The translations under genes were made by a program, and so were the position numbers. DNA of 64,000 nucleotides from a virus. Of the stretch, positions 46,014 through 54,847 are shown one piece after another (position 1 is the first letter of the stretch; each line of letters begins with the position of its first letter). Location of the stretch: the UHGV virus genome UHGV-0084588. One strand, given 5' to 3'. Below the pieces are notes generated by a model. The model saw only the letters and a program-made list of their open reading frames with translations. It did no database searches and was not told the origin of the DNA.

Positions 46014-46979
46014 TTATTGCGGAGGTGATGTCGGGCCATGTTTACCTTGGTGAATGTGAACGCTAAAGGTAATACCAGAAATAACGGCATCTTTAACCGT
46101 AAAGACACCGACGCCTTTGCCAGTACCGCCGTATTTGAAGTTCTTAGCGATTTCCAGATTACCGGTGAACATCGCTTCATTCCCTTCTTGTTTAAAGTTC
46201 GGCGTTTTAAATGTTGTCGAACTCCCTGCTTCCGTTAACCAGGTTTGTGTTTTAAACGTAACGGATTTCGCTGCTTCCGTATTGCGAACTTCGCATTTTT
46301 CATTAATTGTTTTCGTTTCCAGGTTAATAGAACGCTTTGAATAAATGAACGCATCTTCTTTGTTGATGTTCACTTTTGAAAGCATCGCATTCTCAAAACC
46401 TAAATCGTCTTCCACCGAGTTAATGTAATACTTATTCCCTTTGTGGTCAACACACTGCCACGTGCCATTTGCATTATCAAACTGAAATAACCACGCCGCT
46501 TTCTCGCCGTTCACCATACTTGTTCTTAGCGTGATATGTTTGTCAATCGTCGAGATATTCAACACATACGCATTGGACAGGTCATCCGCCATCTGGTTTT
46601 CAGGGTCAGCAGACCACGCGTAAACCGCATCCTCTAATCGCTTAACGTTAGCGAAGTTCAGATCAATCCAAAAATAAATATCGGTTTTCCCCAAACGTAA
46701 CAAGATAACGTAATCTTCTCGTTTAACGTCAGGGGAATTAATTCGGTTGGAGTTAAACTTCCACCACTTTGCTGTTATCGTGTTACCCGTCTTAATGGTT
46801 AGGTTATCTGTTGCACCAGACGTTTCATGCGTCTTTTCAGTTGCTGAAGAAACAGATTGCACCACGGTAGGGTTAGCAAAGTTGGTTTCAATTGGTATCA
46901 CTTTTACCCGATCTGTACCACGGGGTTTGTCTTCCGCGACGATACCAATTGAGAAAAAATCAACACTGGATTTCTCCAT
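46014..46979 (-). CDS. possible baseplate central spike protein (gpV/gp138-like)
   Basis: 321 aa; N-terminal GIVAEDKPRGTDRVKVIPIE resembles the OB-fold start of spike proteins; C-terminal SVHIHQGKHG His cluster as at spike tips. Confidence 0.4.
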   Translation of the reverse strand: MEKSSVDFFSIGIVAEDKPRGTDRVKVIPIETNFANPTVVQSVSSATEKTHETSGATDNLTIKTGNTITAKWWKFNSNRINSPDVKREDYVILLRLGKTDIYFWIDLNFANVKRLEDAVYAWSADPENQMADDLSNAYVLNISTIDKHITLRTSMVNGEKAAWLFQFDNANGTWQCVDHKGNKYYINSVEDDLGFENAMLSKVNINKEDAFIYSKRSINLETKTINEKCEVRNTEAAKSVTFKTQTWLTEAGSSTTFKTPNFKQEGNEAMFTGNLEIAKNFKYGGTGKGVGVFTVKDAVISGITFSVHIHQGKHGPTSPPQ

Positions 46980-47007
46980 CGGGACGTTCCTTAGATCGGA
47001 ATTGAAT

Positions 47008-47033
47008 TCAGATATATATTACTTAAGTGAATA
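47008..47033 (+). promoter_or_regulatory. conserved 26-bp promoter-like motif (copy 3) with downstream hairpin
   Basis: TCAGATATATATTACTTAAGTGAATA followed by an 11-bp stem (TAGGGACTGAA/TTCAGTCCCTA); unlike the other copies it lies about 390 nt upstream of the next ATG. Confidence 0.45.
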
Positions 47034-47398
47034 GGGACTGAAGTACCAGTTCAGTCCCTACGGACACGTTTCATTCGAAACGGATTGATTAAACCATTTG
47101 GGGAGACAGATCATGTCTACTAAAAAAAGAAAGTCTCAATGAGCTGCTCAAACGTCTTAAAGACTACACTCCATTTAGTACCTTCCGATAACAGGTACTA
47201 AAATTTTACAGTCTGCCCCTTTATTCTGCTACTCGGGATACCGGTAGGGGGTAGGGGGCATTATGTATACGGATATAAATAGCGGAGGTATACGTAGTAT
47301 ACCGACATACTCTTCCCAGAGGAACGTAGTGACTTCCTTATTCCTCTTCTGCAATCCATAATAATAGACTCCCCTTTATTGAGATTAGCGAGTAAATC

Positions 47399-48136
47399 AT
47401 GAGAGAATTATTAGACGATATCTTTACTAACACCAGTTTAGAACTTTCTTCTACCGTTGTTAACGAACTATTAAAACAATCGCAACCTGCTAAGTTAATC
47501 GATGCTGGAACAATTAAACCTGAAGATTATCCAGACAGTGACGTTATCGACTGTATGATTGACGAATACGTGATAGGCAGTTACGCCAACCGCGTCTTCT
47601 TCGTTATTAATACCGAAACCAGTGTCATGTTAATCTATAAGTTGATCAGTGATGCCGAACTTGAAGTTGTGGCTGACCACATTCGTCTTCTTGCGAACAC
47701 GCCTACTAGTATCGATGATGTGCTTATTGGGAACGGTTGGGCTTTACCACCACTATTCTCTTACTTCCCTCTGTTTAGAAATGGGATAGGGTTACTCCGA
47801 AATGCAGAAAAGCTTCCCGATAACGTCGAGTTATCACTGCTTGGACCCGGCATCGATCTTTGTCCATTAGAAGACGAGGGCACGCTATATGGTTTGCGCA
47901 TCTATGTTTCTGTGTTAAAGGGTTACCGCGTTATTGAACTGATTGCATCCGACTTAGCAAAACAGATCCCAGATGTGGAAACGATTTCTAAAGCCACCCA
48001 CCTGGTTGAGATTAACTCAGACGATCCCTTATTGAAATATCACGAGAAAATTGATCTTCGTAAAATCGCCACGATGAGAGGGTGGAGTTGTGCTGAGATT
48101 ACGAAGGACTATCTGCTGTTAATTAAAACCGCGTAA
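47399..48136 (+). CDS. hypothetical protein (paralog array member 1)
   Basis: 245 aa; C-terminal ...RGWSCAEITKDYLLLIKTA is related to the GW...QLLF.AD ends of the next three genes. Confidence 0.55.
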   Translation: MRELLDDIFTNTSLELSSTVVNELLKQSQPAKLIDAGTIKPEDYPDSDVIDCMIDEYVIGSYANRVFFVINTETSVMLIYKLISDAELEVVADHIRLLANTPTSIDDVLIGNGWALPPLFSYFPLFRNGIGLLRNAEKLPDNVELSLLGPGIDLCPLEDEGTLYGLRIYVSVLKGYRVIELIASDLAKQIPDVETISKATHLVEINSDDPLLKYHEKIDLRKIATMRGWSCAEITKDYLLLIKTA

Positions 48137-48166
48137 TTAAGAAAACCGAAAAAAGGAGAATATACC

Positions 48167-48721
48167 ATGTTTCAAACTGAACTGAAAAATGAAATTATCC
48201 AAACCCTTGAAAAAGGCGTAGGCGAACATTTCTTTGTCCGTCCTTATACCGTACTGACCAATACCATTATCCAGCCAGGTGCGATGATAGTAGGGGTAAG
48301 TGTACAAGCTGTAGAGGAAGCCCCGCTGCGTCGTAACATCACACGTAAAAACCATATTCCATTTAGAACGGGTTTTACAAATTACTTTCAGAGCTTACTG
48401 AAAGATAGCGTTTGGAAAACAGGCAGCTTCTTCCACGAAGGGAAGACTTCCACGCTGGTTTATAAAGAGAACACCAAGTATCTGGTTGATTTTCTCTTAG
48501 CGCGTCAATACGATTTCTTTCCTTCACCCACCGGTCTCACCCCAGACAATCCGAGTAAGCTGTTAAACCAAGACGAAGCTGAAGCACTGCGTGCACAACT
48601 GAGAAAAGAAGGTTGTGATGTCGATGACCATGAAACCTTAATCGGGGTTGCTAAAGCACACGGTTGGTATACCGTGCGTGTATTTGGGCGTCAGATGTTG
48701 TTCTTAGCTTATAACGTTTAA
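48167..48721 (+). CDS. hypothetical protein (paralog array member 2)
   Basis: 184 aa; AAAAGGAGAATATACC-ATG; C-terminal AHGWYTVRVFGRQMLFLAYNV. Confidence 0.6.
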   Translation: MFQTELKNEIIQTLEKGVGEHFFVRPYTVLTNTIIQPGAMIVGVSVQAVEEAPLRRNITRKNHIPFRTGFTNYFQSLLKDSVWKTGSFFHEGKTSTLVYKENTKYLVDFLLARQYDFFPSPTGLTPDNPSKLLNQDEAEALRAQLRKEGCDVDDHETLIGVAKAHGWYTVRVFGRQMLFLAYNV

Positions 48722-48732
48722 AGGATGGTATC

Positions 48733-49860
48733 ATGCATATCTGTCATAACGCACCGTCGCACAAACTTTATCTTGAATTGCTTTTCGAGGACTACAAGAA
48801 AGGGGTGCCGAAAATATTACTTAGCATCCCGCCTGATACGCAAACTGAATTGTTCGGTCGCGTTTTTGGTTGTACCGTTAACGCTTTGCCAGAACCAATC
48901 TGTGCGCCTGTGGATAATTGTGTTTTCGACGAACGAATTGAGGATTTTCAATTCACCTTTTACGTAAACGATTCTTTACTGTACGATAAACTCTATGTTC
49001 GTGAGTTGAAATCAAATCAGCGGTTAATGTACCGCGTCTATCCGCCCCACAGAGGGTCGATACTAGAGTATAAAATCAGACGGCTACCTTACGAGGGTGT
49101 GAATTTACTCGACCAGCAGGATATGGCTTTTCTGGAAGAACTCTGTGGATTTGAAATTGAGAAGATTCACGTAACCCAGGAAATATCCCGAAACGTACCT
49201 AGTCGTCATACCCCTTACGGTGGGTTTCCGTACGAGTTCACCGACACAGGACTAAGGCTCGTAACCGAATTTAACGACGTAATGTATTACGCAGTGTGTA
49301 TTGAACGTAAAGTAGTGGAGAAAGAAATGACAAGTACATTGAAAGAAGAATTAGCCCAATTCATTCGTGATGTTGAAGAGAAAAGCAAGAGCGATCACAT
49401 TTTCTCACAACGTTATCCTGAACTTATTGACGAAACCACCGATAGTGTCGTCGATGGTATACGCATTTTCCCAAGTGGTCTTGCAATTTACCGACTGCCT
49501 AGTGTTAATCAGCTTAAAGTCATGGAAATGCTAAAAGACGTTTTAGCAGAAGCAGGTTGGGAATATCGTTTCGATTGCAATTTCGAAGGGATGGCGTTAT
49601 TCGTTACAAAGAAAAATTATACGTTGTCAATCGATCTGCCCAAAAGTCAATATTACAGTTTCTTCCCGAAAGCGGATGACCGCACTGAAAAAGAACCTGC
49701 GATGTTACTTGATGCGGCAGAGTCCAATACGCTAATGATACATCTGCGGACGATTGATAAAGAGTTAACTACCAGTCATTTAACGACGATCGGTAAAGAT
49801 TACGGTTGGAAATCTGTCGAACCGTATGGCAGTCAGCTACTGTTTGTTGCTGACCTCTAA
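48733..49860 (+). CDS. hypothetical protein (paralog array member 3)
   Basis: 375 aa; C-terminal DYGWKSVEPYGSQLLFVADL. Confidence 0.6.
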   Translation: MHICHNAPSHKLYLELLFEDYKKGVPKILLSIPPDTQTELFGRVFGCTVNALPEPICAPVDNCVFDERIEDFQFTFYVNDSLLYDKLYVRELKSNQRLMYRVYPPHRGSILEYKIRRLPYEGVNLLDQQDMAFLEELCGFEIEKIHVTQEISRNVPSRHTPYGGFPYEFTDTGLRLVTEFNDVMYYAVCIERKVVEKEMTSTLKEELAQFIRDVEEKSKSDHIFSQRYPELIDETTDSVVDGIRIFPSGLAIYRLPSVNQLKVMEMLKDVLAEAGWEYRFDCNFEGMALFVTKKNYTLSIDLPKSQYYSFFPKADDRTEKEPAMLLDAAESNTLMIHLRTIDKELTTSHLTTIGKDYGWKSVEPYGSQLLFVADL

Positions 49861-49886
49861 TAAGTGAAACTACACTTTCTCTAACT

Positions 49887-49910
49887 GCCGCGCTTTAGTC
49901 GCGGCTTTTG
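49887..49910 (+). terminator. weak hairpin terminator
   Basis: GCCGCG-cttta-gtCGCGGC followed by TTTTGTT. Confidence 0.4.
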
Positions 49911-49928
49911 TTAAGAAGGAAAAAAGAA

Positions 49929-50708
49929 ATGAAAATCCATTTAGACGACCTCTTTAAAACTGAACCGTACATGGTTAAAGGTTCGCTGGCTTCATTGTTG
50001 CTAGACGATAGATACCATCGAACGCTACAATTACAATCGGTAGAAACCGCGCCAACGGGAATTGAAGACGTGGGTCTTTACCAACGTATCACTCACACAC
50101 GTGGAGAATATCGTCGATATAAACCCGATACACTGACCGTTAAGCTTTGGCAAGTGGGCACAGGCAAGGTATTAAGTTATCGCGCCGTTGGTCTGTACCA
50201 CGTTGAACGTGCTTACACATGGTTAGAAGAAGTTAAAGAAATGGATTACGACCAGCTAAGCAAAAGACTTCGTGACCATAACGCCAGTTTACCGTTACGT
50301 AATTATTTCTCCACAGTTGAAAATAGTCGTTGTTTCGTTTCTCGCGAATCCATGATATTACCTGGAACTGACGTTCAGACGACGCTAAAAGACGTGGTTG
50401 TAAAGAAAGTCTTTCATGAGTCTGAACACGTTGGGTTTCGTATCTATTTAACCCACAAGAGACCATTTACCGTGATTCATGTTGTTACCGTACCCGAAGG
50501 ATCAGCAGTCTCTCGGGAACTTCCTGATGCTCGCGACCGTTGCCCTAATGAGCCGCTCTACTTAATGTCAGGAACAAAATCAACCGCGTTGATGTCTCGT
50601 TACAGCATGATAGATGTTGTTGACGCTGCTATGAAGCTAGGTTGGAAAGAAGTGCAGCAACACGGTAAACAGTTGCTGTTTATTGCCGATGTAAAACTTA
50701 ATTATTAG
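49929..50708 (+). CDS. hypothetical protein (paralog array member 4)
   Basis: Start at the ATG at 49929 (AAGGA RBS); C-terminal KLGWKEVQQHGKQLLFIADV. Confidence 0.55.
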   Translation: MKIHLDDLFKTEPYMVKGSLASLLLDDRYHRTLQLQSVETAPTGIEDVGLYQRITHTRGEYRRYKPDTLTVKLWQVGTGKVLSYRAVGLYHVERAYTWLEEVKEMDYDQLSKRLRDHNASLPLRNYFSTVENSRCFVSRESMILPGTDVQTTLKDVVVKKVFHESEHVGFRIYLTHKRPFTVIHVVTVPEGSAVSRELPDARDRCPNEPLYLMSGTKSTALMSRYSMIDVVDAAMKLGWKEVQQHGKQLLFIADVKLNY

Positions 50709-50720
50709 TGAGGTGGAACC

Positions 50721-51299
50721 GTGTACCGATTAATAGAAATGCGAAAAGACGTTTGGTTGGAAAATCTCGTCGATGGGGAGCTTGAGGGAGTTGGGCTTTC
50801 CTTACCAGAAAGGGCGGACACGGTATTAGCCTTTCTGATAAAGCGGGCAGCGAATGAACCTGTGGGGATTTTCGACGTGGATTACAAAGAACCGCGCGGA
50901 ATTCGTTTACGTAACATCTGTTGTGGTTTAGAGAACTTGACGGCAAGTCCTTTCGTAAACTACGCAAAACGTAAACTCCAGCCAGGGCAACATCTCTGGG
51001 TAGTTCTAGCGCCAGATATTCGCATTATGCGAGACGACCTGACTGCGTTTGTGCAAGCAACGAAAGTCAGTTTGTACAATCCTAATGCGGAACGTACCGA
51101 TATGCCGTTTACAATCACCTTAGAAGACGATGGAACGCAAGAGGGCATTGAGGCGATTACGGAATTAGTAAACTCTTATCCGGTTGCATCTATCGAGTTA
51201 GAAAACCCAAACCGATTACCGTTGGGGGATTTACTCGAATGGATTGAGCTGAATACTGAGTTCCTCATTAACTCCCGACAATATCGGTTCGATGTATAA
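50721..51299 (+). CDS. hypothetical protein
   Basis: 192-aa ORF with GTG start (GAGGTGG RBS). Confidence 0.5.
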   Translation: MYRLIEMRKDVWLENLVDGELEGVGLSLPERADTVLAFLIKRAANEPVGIFDVDYKEPRGIRLRNICCGLENLTASPFVNYAKRKLQPGQHLWVVLAPDIRIMRDDLTAFVQATKVSLYNPNAERTDMPFTITLEDDGTQEGIEAITELVNSYPVASIELENPNRLPLGDLLEWIELNTEFLINSRQYRFDV

Positions 51300-51303
51300 C
51301 GTC

Positions 51304-51336
51304 GGTGGGGGTAAACCCCCACCTTTTATTTTTTGT
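51304..51336 (+). terminator. rho-independent terminator
   Basis: GGTGGGGG-taaa-CCCCCACC followed by TTTTATTTTTTG. Confidence 0.8.
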
Positions 51337-51357
51337 TCGTCAACATTAAAAATAATT

Positions 51358-51383
51358 TCAGATATATATTACTTAGGTGAGAG
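51358..51383 (+). promoter_or_regulatory. conserved 26-bp promoter-like motif (copy 4) with downstream hairpin
   Basis: TCAGATATATATTACTTAGGTGAGAG followed by GAGTTA-tgat-TAACTC; 72 nt upstream of the ATG at 51430. Confidence 0.5.
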
Positions 51384-51429
51384 TTATGATTAACTCATTT
51401 ATACATTAACGCCTTAAAGGAGCAAAACA

Positions 51430-51891
51430 ATGAAATTTTTTACTTCCTTTTTAACCATCCTCTTAACGCTGGGTCTCAATACTGCACACGCAGCAATCAA
51501 TAGCTGGGAACAAATCCAGTCTCCAGACCAAGCCATCTACGAAATCGAAGACACTGAAGGCAACAGCCTCTCTATCAATTGCAGTACAGAAACCGCCAAT
51601 CGTAAATTTTACGGGCACAATGTTTGGTATTACGGAGAACCTGCAGGGGCAACAAACGCTGAGGATAACGCGCTCGATATTGTCGTAAATGGTAAAAAAT
51701 ACCGTATCCCTACCATCGACGGTAGCGACCGTTCAGAACAAGCCTGGGCGGATTTCATTAAAGCGGTCGGTGGGGCAAACCATTTTAGCTTGCTTATTAA
51801 CGATAACGTGGCAGCAGGGTTTACCGTAGAAGGCGAACGCCTTAACGAAACGTTTTTCCAGAACTGTGGACACAGCCGTCCTAACAAATAA
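51430..51891 (+). CDS. secreted protein (signal peptide)
   Basis: MKFFTSFLTILLTLGLNTAHA-AINSW is a typical Sec signal peptide with an AHA cleavage site; AAAGGAG RBS. Confidence 0.65.
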   Translation: MKFFTSFLTILLTLGLNTAHAAINSWEQIQSPDQAIYEIEDTEGNSLSINCSTETANRKFYGHNVWYYGEPAGATNAEDNALDIVVNGKKYRIPTIDGSDRSEQAWADFIKAVGGANHFSLLINDNVAAGFTVEGERLNETFFQNCGHSRPNK

Positions 51892-51919
51892 ATATTAATC
51901 TTTTTTAGAGTGCGTGAAA

Positions 51920-52306
51920 ATGAATATCAGAACTATACTTTATACTATCATTATTTTCTGTGCGGTCGGAATTACTGGCACTTATGCTTTCGGTGATTCG
52001 GATGTCCGCTATTACGAACCGGCTCCTGACTCACCCATTATCAACCCGGATGAGTCCCCTACGTTAATGCGCAGTTTCGGTAAACTGCAAGTTTATCGTT
52101 TAGTGCGTGGTGAAACGTGTACGGGATTACTCATTGCTGACACCCGTGCACAAGTCTACCAACGTCTAACCGATATTGCTTGCGAACAACCGAAAGTAAT
52201 GTCAGTTAGTATCCATCCGCTATCAGTTGGTAACTATACCGCTGTGGACTTCTTTCATAACGCCGAATTAATTGGCCGTGTTACTTTAAATCGTCCTGCT
52301 GAATAA
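51920..52306 (+). CDS. secreted/membrane-anchored small protein
   Basis: MNIRTILYTIIIFCAVGITGTYAFG N-terminal hydrophobic segment; an alternative GTG start exists at 51914. Confidence 0.5.
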   Translation: MNIRTILYTIIIFCAVGITGTYAFGDSDVRYYEPAPDSPIINPDESPTLMRSFGKLQVYRLVRGETCTGLLIADTRAQVYQRLTDIACEQPKVMSVSIHPLSVGNYTAVDFFHNAELIGRVTLNRPAE

Positions 52307-52324
52307 TCTAAAGGAGTAGTTGCA

Positions 52325-52810
52325 ATGAAACGTTTACATACGCTGATGTTCTTTCTGGTTTTCTTGTTTATCGGTGCCACACCAACTGTAGATGCGGCCT
52401 CCGTAGACGAATTACTTACCTGTGATGGAAACGCTTGGGAAGGTCAGCCAAATGCGTGCCCGAACATCAACGACTTGTACGATACCGATAAGTCATTTAA
52501 AGCTGTTGTTGATAAAACACTAGACCCGGTGGGACTGGATGGTATGTTCGGCTCTAAAGGTTACATGGATGGTCCTGGCGGTAACATGTATCCGGTAAAC
52601 ATCAACAACAAAATCTGGATTGAAAGTGGTGGTTGTAAAGCTAATGCTTGTGGCTGGGAATACATCGTAACGCTATACAACCCACACACCAAGAAACTCG
52701 TCGGTTATTACTACAACATCGACCCCGGTTATCTGATTTGGTTCGGTGATATCGGTGTTGCTGAATTCGCTTACCTGGTTAAGAAATACGCGGAACAATC
52801 TAAATACTAA
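52325..52810 (+). CDS. secreted protein (signal peptide)
   Basis: MKRLHTLMFFLVFLFIGATPTVDA-ASV; AAGGAG RBS; several Cys in the mature part. Confidence 0.65.
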   Translation: MKRLHTLMFFLVFLFIGATPTVDAASVDELLTCDGNAWEGQPNACPNINDLYDTDKSFKAVVDKTLDPVGLDGMFGSKGYMDGPGGNMYPVNINNKIWIESGGCKANACGWEYIVTLYNPHTKKLVGYYYNIDPGYLIWFGDIGVAEFAYLVKKYAEQSKY

Positions 52811-52821
52811 GGACTTTTATC

Positions 52822-53232
52822 ATGAAAACTATCATCAACACTCTTCTCATTGCAATTGCTATTCTGTTCTCTGTTAACGTATCAGCAAAAACAATACAGT
52901 TGCCAGACGGTATTAAGTACGTCAATAGCACCGACGATTTCTACTGTACGGAAATTGACGGTCTGTACTGCCAGGCGAAGAACCTGTTTAAATACAAAGG
53001 TAGCAGATACGTGTTCATCGTTGAGCAAGGTGGTGCCTGGTGCTACGACAGCCCAATGTCTGTACTCAACCTCGAAACGTGGAAGGCACAACGTCTTGAA
53101 TACAACGACAAACATTTGTGCTCAGGCAACAACAAACCATTCTTCAAAGTCGTAGATGGTGTACCGATGGTAGGGATATTAGACACTTCGGAAAAACCTA
53201 TCGTTGTAGCTATGGATAAACTTAAAATTTAA
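52822..53232 (+). CDS. secreted protein (signal peptide)
   Basis: MKTIINTLLIAIAILFSVNVSA-KTIQ; Cys-containing mature part. Confidence 0.65.
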   Translation: MKTIINTLLIAIAILFSVNVSAKTIQLPDGIKYVNSTDDFYCTEIDGLYCQAKNLFKYKGSRYVFIVEQGGAWCYDSPMSVLNLETWKAQRLEYNDKHLCSGNNKPFFKVVDGVPMVGILDTSEKPIVVAMDKLKI

Positions 53233-53242
53233 GGAGTAACTC

Positions 53243-53632
53243 ATGCGTCTCATCTGCGCTTTAGCATTCTTCTTCTCCCTGGGTGTAGCGGCATCTACTC
53301 AAGTTAACGATTTACTGCTAACCCCAAACAACAATACCGATTACCAGTACAATCCTCCGGGGTTTGAAGTTTGTGAAGTCGGTGAAACAATCTGCCAAGA
53401 AGTCGGCGCAGACGGGCGCTATATTCTGGTAAAAGCTGATGGTGGCACAATGTGTCCCGCAGGTTATTACTTTCTTCTCGATTCCGTTGCAAGAGAGGTT
53501 CTTCCTATCACCACGAAAACGTGCGACCCTACTGTTGTCTTAACTCTCGCTAAAAGCAAATCTCGCGACCGTTATCTGATCGTTATCGAAGAACGGGGCA
53601 AGATGGCTGGCGCTATCGAATTAGATCATTGA
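53243..53632 (+). CDS. secreted protein (signal peptide)
   Basis: MRLICALAFFFSLGVAAS-TQV; AAGGAG RBS; followed by a terminator. Confidence 0.65.
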   Translation: MRLICALAFFFSLGVAASTQVNDLLLTPNNNTDYQYNPPGFEVCEVGETICQEVGADGRYILVKADGGTMCPAGYYFLLDSVAREVLPITTKTCDPTVVLTLAKSKSRDRYLIVIEERGKMAGAIELDH

Positions 53633-53642
53633 GTGTAGTCTT

Positions 53643-53670
53643 GGCCCCGGAATGTCCGGGGTCCTTTTTT
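53643..53670 (+). terminator. rho-independent terminator
   Basis: GCCCCGG-aatgt-CCGGGGT followed by CCTTTTTT. Confidence 0.75.
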
Positions 53671-53700
53671 ACGACATGTTTTACCTAAAGGAGTATTAAA

Positions 53701-54177
53701 ATGCAATTATCTAACGTCTATCAAGCTGCGCAATTTCATCATGACCTGTCGGCTAAACCTGAACAAATTCGCCACAACTTAACGGTGGCCTGGAAACTGC
53801 TGCGCATCGCAGAAGCCGCACGCCTTAACGATCAGTCAACGATTATCGACACTGTGCGCACATTACATCCAGTTGACCTGGAAACAATCTGGACATTTGA
53901 TTTAACCCGAATTTATCATCGCCGTTTTAATGCGGCGGTTGACGCAATCCGGCCTTACTTTCACCACCTGCGGACAACACGCGAAAATGACACCGCGCTC
54001 GAATGGGTATTGGTACAAAGCGTATGGAGCGACTACATTTATCTCCTTTCTTTAGAGACGGGTGAATGTATCGTTGCTAACGAAGTTTTTTCAAGTAACG
54101 CAGAAATGTATCGTTCCTTCGCGACGATTAAAGGTGAAACACAGCCTATTTTATCACTCACGCACTTAGGGCTATAA
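53701..54177 (+). CDS. hypothetical protein
   Basis: 158-aa ORF preceded by the conserved TTTTACCTAAAGGAGTATTAAAATG context. Confidence 0.6.
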   Translation: MQLSNVYQAAQFHHDLSAKPEQIRHNLTVAWKLLRIAEAARLNDQSTIIDTVRTLHPVDLETIWTFDLTRIYHRRFNAAVDAIRPYFHHLRTTRENDTALEWVLVQSVWSDYIYLLSLETGECIVANEVFSSNAEMYRSFATIKGETQPILSLTHLGL

Positions 54178-54180
54178 TTA

Positions 54181-54213
54181 GCCCGGCCCCGTTTATTCGG
54201 GGCTTCTTTTTTT
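54181..54213 (+). terminator. rho-independent terminator
   Basis: GCCCCG-tttattc-GGGGC followed by a T-run. Confidence 0.75.
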
Positions 54214-54233
54214 GATCTAAAAGGAAAGACCAG

Positions 54234-54842
54234 ATGAACGAAATTACCTTAGTTCGTTTTCTTGAAGCGATGCAAAATGCAGAGCGTTTTTCGCATACGC
54301 CTTTATTCATCGACTTAATGGAAGAGGAAGTAGAGGGCTTCCTGGCGTATCCACGCTTACGGGAGTATTTTAAACGTAAAACGCCGAATGCTTACGAAAA
54401 ATTGGTTTACGCACTTGAGAACAGTTCAACATTGTTAACGACGCCTTTCAAGGCGTTGGAGGCTTTAGACCCGGCTGGTACCACAAGTATCCCACAACGT
54501 GTTGTGTTCTACTATATCGACCACGATCGAATTAAAGCCGATGTTGTTAACTGGATCTCTGAAAACGCAGTTCCAGAAACACGCACTTTTAATCTCTGTC
54601 CTGTAGAAGAAGGGTGGAAGGTCGGCAATCACTATTCTTATCCATACCAATCCATTAAATCACCGTTTTTATACCCGGTTTATCTGGACGACGTTACGCC
54701 AGGAAATTGCATTCCGGTAACAAACCTGATCTGTGCACTGACAATGGAAGTCTTAGCCACAAAGGCGGGACAGGTTTGGGTAGAAAACGCGAAGAACATC
54801 GATTATTGGACTTCAATGGGTTATCACCCATATACCAAATAA
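54234..54842 (+). CDS. hypothetical protein
   Basis: 202-aa ORF; AAAGGAAAGACCAG-ATG. Confidence 0.6.
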   Translation: MNEITLVRFLEAMQNAERFSHTPLFIDLMEEEVEGFLAYPRLREYFKRKTPNAYEKLVYALENSSTLLTTPFKALEALDPAGTTSIPQRVVFYYIDHDRIKADVVNWISENAVPETRTFNLCPVEEGWKVGNHYSYPYQSIKSPFLYPVYLDDVTPGNCIPVTNLICALTMEVLATKAGQVWVENAKNIDYWTSMGYHPYTK

Positions 54843-54847
54843 CGTTT

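Noticed and set aside
47264-47271. T4-type late promoter TATAAATA (also TATAAAAA at 4146)
   Set aside because: Only isolated occurrences, not consistently positioned upstream of structural genes, so no evidence that this phage uses T4-type late promoters.
47040-47400. tRNA or other structured RNA gene in the long intergenic region
   Set aside because: Hairpins are present but I could not find a cloverleaf with a T-loop (GTTCGAATC-like) or anticodon stem; no tRNA is called here or elsewhere in the window. A small regulatory RNA remains possible.
52850-53155. ORFs 52850..53155 (+) and 52882..53115 (-) overlapping the secreted-protein gene 52822..53232
   Set aside because: Alternative-frame overlaps with a gene that has a clear RBS and signal peptide; no independent support.
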